The notes under the pieces: model-generated
Told to the model about the DNA's origin: nothing
The model's input: the letters and a program-made list of their open reading frames with translations, nothing else
The model's database searches: none
Assembly (NCBI GenBank): GCA_043228905.1
Contig: JBHGNT010000022.1
Coordinates: 2,542,001-2,606,000 of the forward strand
Direction of reading: 5' to 3'
From: Azolla caroliniana
Taxonomy: Eukaryota > Plantae > Polypodiophyta
DNA length: 64,000 nucleotides
Shown: positions 58,643 through 64,000 of the stretch, piece by piece
Layout of the letters: the number at the start of each line of letters is the position of its first letter
Numbering within the stretch: position 1 is the first letter of the stretch
Made by a program: the position numbers and the translations under genes

Positions 58643-60641
58643 TATCCATGAATGTGTTTATTTCCATTAAGCATTCATCTCTTCACTTTGATATGGCTCA
58701 TTAGGATAAAGGCTATTCAATCCTTACTCCAATACCCTCACTAAAAAAATTTAACAAAAATTCTACCGTTGGGCCTATTTGACACCTTTCATGACTATAT
58801 GGCATACTTTATATCCGTTGTGAAATTGATCTCAAGATATAATAAATACATCGATTCTCTAATTTAGACTATGTTTTAGATTCTTCATTGTGAATTGTGC
58901 ATCATTTTTATTGTTATGTATATTCATTGGGAAAAATTGCATTTTTAAGATTCCTATGACCAAAAAAACATTGTACACCATAATGCAAACCAATGTATTG
59001 TAAACTCAATGACACTTCCTGAAAGTAACTTCAACATTTAGATAATGAGACAATTCCAACAAGGCTACTACATATGAACAATTAAGGCTCATATGAAGCA
59101 CATCTTTCCTTGGTGTTACTGTCATTAAAGAGGTTATAATTAATTCATAGTTGATTTCTTTTCATGTTGTCAACAAATTTGTAACCAAATATTTGGAAAG
59201 ATACAATATGCAAGAACGTTATGGGCATGGACATGAAAACTTAGTCCTTTATGAGTACCAAATATGTATCCAAGATAAGTGTGTAATCTAGAGTGAGTGA
59301 AGGTTATGAAGCCTAGATTTTGAGATGAAAATGTCTCTTGTAATTTCCTTTAATTGAAAATCGCATGGCCATTGTTGTAAATATAATTTGATTGTTTGCT
59401 TAGTATTATACATATATGTATATGTGTGTATATACATTCTTTCGTTTCTTCTCTCTTTCTTTTTTTGATAGACTAGGCTTAATCAAATACAACTTGCTTG
59501 CGGAAACTGTGACATGTGTAGAAGGTGTATCATTGGTAGGTTCATCAATATGCTCCCAAATAAAAGGCAATGCATCATATTGTCATGTTCATGTAATGTC
59601 TTGGTTTGATCATTGCCATTCATACTATGAATCTTTGAACTTTTCGCCAAGCTCTTGAAACCTTGATGCCTTCCTCAAGTATTGACTTCAAATCTCAACA
59701 TCAATGACTTCTATTTCCTCATTTTATCGTGGTATCTTGTTACACTATATTTGATTTAAGACCGTTATTGGTTTGTTTAATTATATTTCATACTAAAACA
59801 ATGAGAAAGATTTACAAGACCTCACATGGTTGTTGAAAAAGAAAGCATATAAAAATCATGGACCTCATTTTAAACATAAGGTAAGAAAGAACAATTATAA
59901 GAAAGAAGAGAAAGGGGGAGTTTCTCTTTGAGAAAGGCCAAAAAGAACATTTAATTTTTGTATGCCAGAACTTGATATCATCTTATAAAGTTGCATCAAA
60001 ACGTGGGAGAAAGAAAATGTATTGAGATGGGACATGCTCATTGCTACCCTAGATAAATGCTTATCCATGGTTGATGTTCTTAACCATTAATTCACATGTA
60101 AAACAAGTGTACAAAAAAAACCACAATGATTTCTAACTTATGTTTTAAAGAGAAGAAAAGTGAATGCATGGGAAGCCCAAAAAAATGAGGGGAGAGTTTA
60201 TTCACACGGTACCTAAACACATAATAACTTGCTTCATTAGATGTTAATAATGGGTCCAATGTTTTTTCAAATGATCTACTAAGTTTGAGCTTCATCAAAT
60301 TGTAAATTTCGAAACCGTCAAAATAAGAATGGTAGAGTTTATAGAATCCATATTGTGTGATATTCGCAATGGATCCTAATGTGCATGGATGGAATTGTTG
60401 GGGTTCTTGACCGTGAGATGGAGTAGAGAAGATATATGAGAGTATCGAAACAAGATTTGGGTTAGAATTTAGAGATTGATAATATTGAATGAGAAATTCA
60501 TCGACAACAAATATTCATGACAGGTCGTAACATGTATGGTGGAACCACCAGGGTTCTTCACCTAGAGATGAATTAAGAAATATATATGGGAGTTTCAAAC
60601 AAGGTTTGACTAATTGATAAGAAATTTGTAGACAACAAATA

Positions 60642-61437
60642 CAAGACCTAAATTTGACGGGTTAGTATAAAAGTTTTTTGACGGGCATTTTTTAAAGATG
60701 TATGTCATATGACACAAGAGTGCAAAAACTAACATGTCATTTGATATACAAATTTTAATAATGAAAGTTCTACATGATGCTTTACCAATTTTAATAATGA
60801 AAGTTCTATATGATGCTTCATGTTGTACATTTCATTACTATAGAAAGTGCACAAAGATGCACAAATAAACATAACTACCTAACAAAGATAATGAAATACA
60901 TAAAATTAATATCATGTTAATGTTTTTACTAATAAGTATGAAAAAAGTTAGTAAAAATTTAGTTTTAACTTAAAACTTAAAACATTAAAATCAAACCTAG
61001 AGTTATACACTCTTAAAGTATGTATTTAATAAAGGTTATTGTTTAAAATTTCAATCAAATCTCAACTAATATTATTAGTAAAGAAATTAAGAATAAATAT
61101 TTGAGAATATATACCATTATTACATGATAATGATATTATTTTAAGCATGTTATAAAAAACATATAATTTTTTGGAATTTTTTTTATATAGTATTAATATA
61201 TTATAATAGACACTTCATATATATAATAAGTGACATATGTATATGTATATAATATATATGACATGGAAAATAGAATTTTCACATGTCATTTGACATGCAT
61301 AATTTGTAGGGGCCTTTCGCATGAAAAATGGATATTTAAACTTTATATGTCACTTGACGGACATTTTTATTATGTGTATGTTTTTGACGGCCAAAATGGG
61401 CTTCGACGGGCAGACCACCTGTCAAATTCCTGCCCTG
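60642..61437. mobile_element. Non-autonomous hAT element
   Basis: TIR CAAGACCTAAATTTGACGGG / CCTGTCAAATTCCTGCCCTG, perfect 8-bp TSD AACAAATA, TTGACGG subterminal motifs, AT-rich core. Confidence 0.8.
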
Positions 61438-62515
61438 AACAAATATCTAAGGAAAATTTATAGGGAAAAAAATACTTTGACTACATTAAATCGATTACTT
61501 AGGATCAATTTTATTAAAAATTGAATAGCCCAAAAATTTCCCCAAAAATCTTTAGATATCCCCCTTTTCCCTCTCTTTAGGTTCAATTAACGTGAATCTA
61601 ACTTTAATTTGACCTAAGTCATCTTGAAAAATTTCATTACATACTATTTGTAAAATATTTCTCTTGAAAAATATGCTAATGAAGCCACATGGCACTCACA
61701 AAGTAAATGTAACACTCTTTGTTGCTATCTAATTCTCGAGACATATGCCCAAGTATGAATGCATATAAATATCTCATAATGTTTACATCATATTGGGCGT
61801 ATGTACTAGATAGACCTACCACATCCAATAGTCTTCTAGTTACAACTACAAATTATGCTTGTTTTTATATCTCGTTCTAGCATGACACTACCCTTTTACT
61901 AGTATAAGTGCAAAGTGAATGATAAGCATTACATAATATACTTATATTAAAAGATTGAATATATAAAAGAATTTGGTGATATCCTCACATTCAGATCTAA
62001 TTTTAAAAATATATTAGAAAGTGAATAAACCAAATAATTATTTTTCAATGTCCAAACCCACATGTGGACTTGAAACTCCTAATGTGCAAGCCCAATGTGA
62101 TACCTAACTACATTGTTCATACGTAATCCTCGGTTAGTTGCATAAATGAGAATATATGATTCCATAACATGAGCAACATTCCACATTGAAATTGAAGACC
62201 TCTAGCACATATTGGATCAAGAGACCTCTAGTGTGTTAGACTAATATAACAACCCTTTACTTTAGATTAAAAGTTATCCATTTTTAGACATAGTTGGACA
62301 AACAATTCAAACTCTCTTTACTCCTAAAACTAGTGCTTCCAATTTATATTAAAAGTTACAAGATATAAAACAAAAGTTGTATATCATCGCCAAATAATCT
62401 TATAGCGACAATTTGATCAAAGTTGCAAGTTGTCAATGTTGCATATAACAAAAGTGAGATAGAGAATGGGAAACATCATGTCCAAATAATGTAGTCAATT
62501 ATCATGCTAGCATGT

Positions 62516-62897
62516 TGTAGATAGTTAGAGTAGAGCAGAAAAGAGGCTAGGAATGTGAGATAGGAGACAAGATATTGAGAGAGAAAGACTAAATTATACT
62601 TCGTGTTGTTCGCCTAGATAGGGATCAAGATGAACAACGATATTTATACTTGTTCCTGAGAATTGGATGCAAGCAAATAATATTATACATGCAAAGTACT
62701 ACATGTAAGAAAAAAGTATTGTAAAAATATGCATGAATGCTCTAGAAGTTTCTATAACATTCCAAAGATTTCTAAGATGATGAAACTACTCTAAATGTAC
62801 AAGTATTTTTTCATAACCACATAATGTATTGAGATGTATTGACTATGAGACCTCGTTAGGATGTGAGAGGTTAGGTATTCGATTCTTGTTTGTTACA
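62516..62897 (-). repeat. Probable solo LTR related to 45010-45447
   Basis: TGTA..TACA termini, ATGT on both flanks, TATAAATA on the minus strand ~62641, shared AATGTTATAGAA and CATCTTAGAA motifs. Confidence 0.55.
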
Positions 62898-63167
62898 ATG
62901 TCTTAACTTATGTGGATACCATTGATGAAAATCATGGACTACATCAAAGGCCTTCTTTAAATTCTTGGCCGGCTCCAATGATGCTTCTGAGATGGGGTAC
63001 GCTTTCCACAAAACAAGATAATGAAGTTAAACAAGAAGGCAAGGGTCGAGTATATTATTGACCTCATGCTCCTCCCTTGTGGACAATTCGATTGGTGGGG
63101 GAGGAGGATGACAACCCAGAACATGAAATGGATGGAGAGGTTCAAGAATGAATACAAGGAAAGACAT

Positions 63168-64000
63168 TGTGAATCTTGAGATGTAAATGGAGTTCTAAGG
63201 AGAGAACAAGTGAGTTTATTTTTTCAATCTCTTGGAAAGGTCCCAACTTCTTATACCATGACTTCATGTAAGGTGACTCAATATTTCGGCATAGGAGCCA
63301 AACCAAATCATCAACTTCAAAGCTGTGGAGTATGTTGGCATAAAAGGCCGACTCCTTCCAAATTGTATCCGTCCGAGTGTGAACTCGTTAATAAGTTAGG
63401 GCTTAGTATATAAGCGAATACCTAACATTGTAATGAGTGTCGACGAGCAGAGTATCGAATCTCTGAGAAAGAACGAAGTAATAAGAAGCTTTCCATTAAA
63501 GCTCCATCTCCGTAAGTCTCCACGCTTATTCTATTTTCTGTATGTGTTGTTTGCTCTCCAGTACCGACTACAGATCCATACACGTTTTCGCACATAACAC
63601 TCATACCCACAACTGGTATCAGAGCCGAATCTTTACTGTTTGGCGGAAACAGACAATAGAAGAAGCTGAAAGAAAAGACCAGGTCAGAAATCTCAAGTTC
63701 ACAAACAGAATATGGCTTCAACATCCAAAATAGGAGTTGAAATAAGAAAATTCGACGACAAAAACTTTGCCTTGTGGAAGGAGATGATGCAGGATGTGTT
63801 GATCATTCGAAGACAGGTCGAAGCCATTCGGCACAACGAAAAACCTGCTTCAATGACAGTCGAGGAGTGGAGATCAACGGACGAAATCACATGCTCCACC
63901 ATCCGAATGCATCTGGCTGAAAACGTCTATTTCAGCATGGCGAAAGAGACGACAACGTTCTCATTGTGGGAGAAGCTACAGGCCGTCTATGAGAAGAAGT
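63168..64000 (+). mobile_element. 5' end of a Tork/Tnt1-like Copia (LTR ~63168-63611, PBS 63614-63626, gag from 63712)
   Basis: PBS TGGTATCAGAGCC; MASTSKIGVEIRKFDDKNFALWKEMMQDVL..TIRMHL..LWEKLQAVY; LTR start tentative. Confidence 0.85.

Overview
Plant nuclear DNA, probably from a non-seed land plant (inferred from the self-priming Tcn1-type chromovirus). Positions 1 to about 52 kb are a deeply nested LTR-retrotransposon cluster. It contains two Athila/Tat-like (non-chromovirus) Ty3/Gypsy elements with a long 3' extra ORF (A, 4809-13081 minus; B, 14038-34151 plus) and the tail of a third relative (D, ~41540-44300). It also holds an apparently intact Tcn1-like chromovirus (F, 24736-30494), a Gag-only tRNA-Trp-primed element (C, 15213-18728), several Ty1/Copia elements, solo LTRs and a LINE remnant. 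The AT-rich 52-64 kb part has a 3-exon ZIP2/ZIP11-like metal transporter gene, hAT/Mutator-type MITEs and the start of another Copia. Two observations stand out. (1) A, B and D have no polypurine tract; in its place is a sense copy of a tRNA 3' end (..GTCCCACGGGCGTGCCA, 2 nt before the 3' LTR), i.e. an inverted PBS, suggesting tRNA-primed plus-strand synthesis. (2) LTRs of several different families carry an outward-facing tRNA-like A-box/B-box module in U3. All calls were made by eye; tRNA identities and lineage names are from memory and need database checks.
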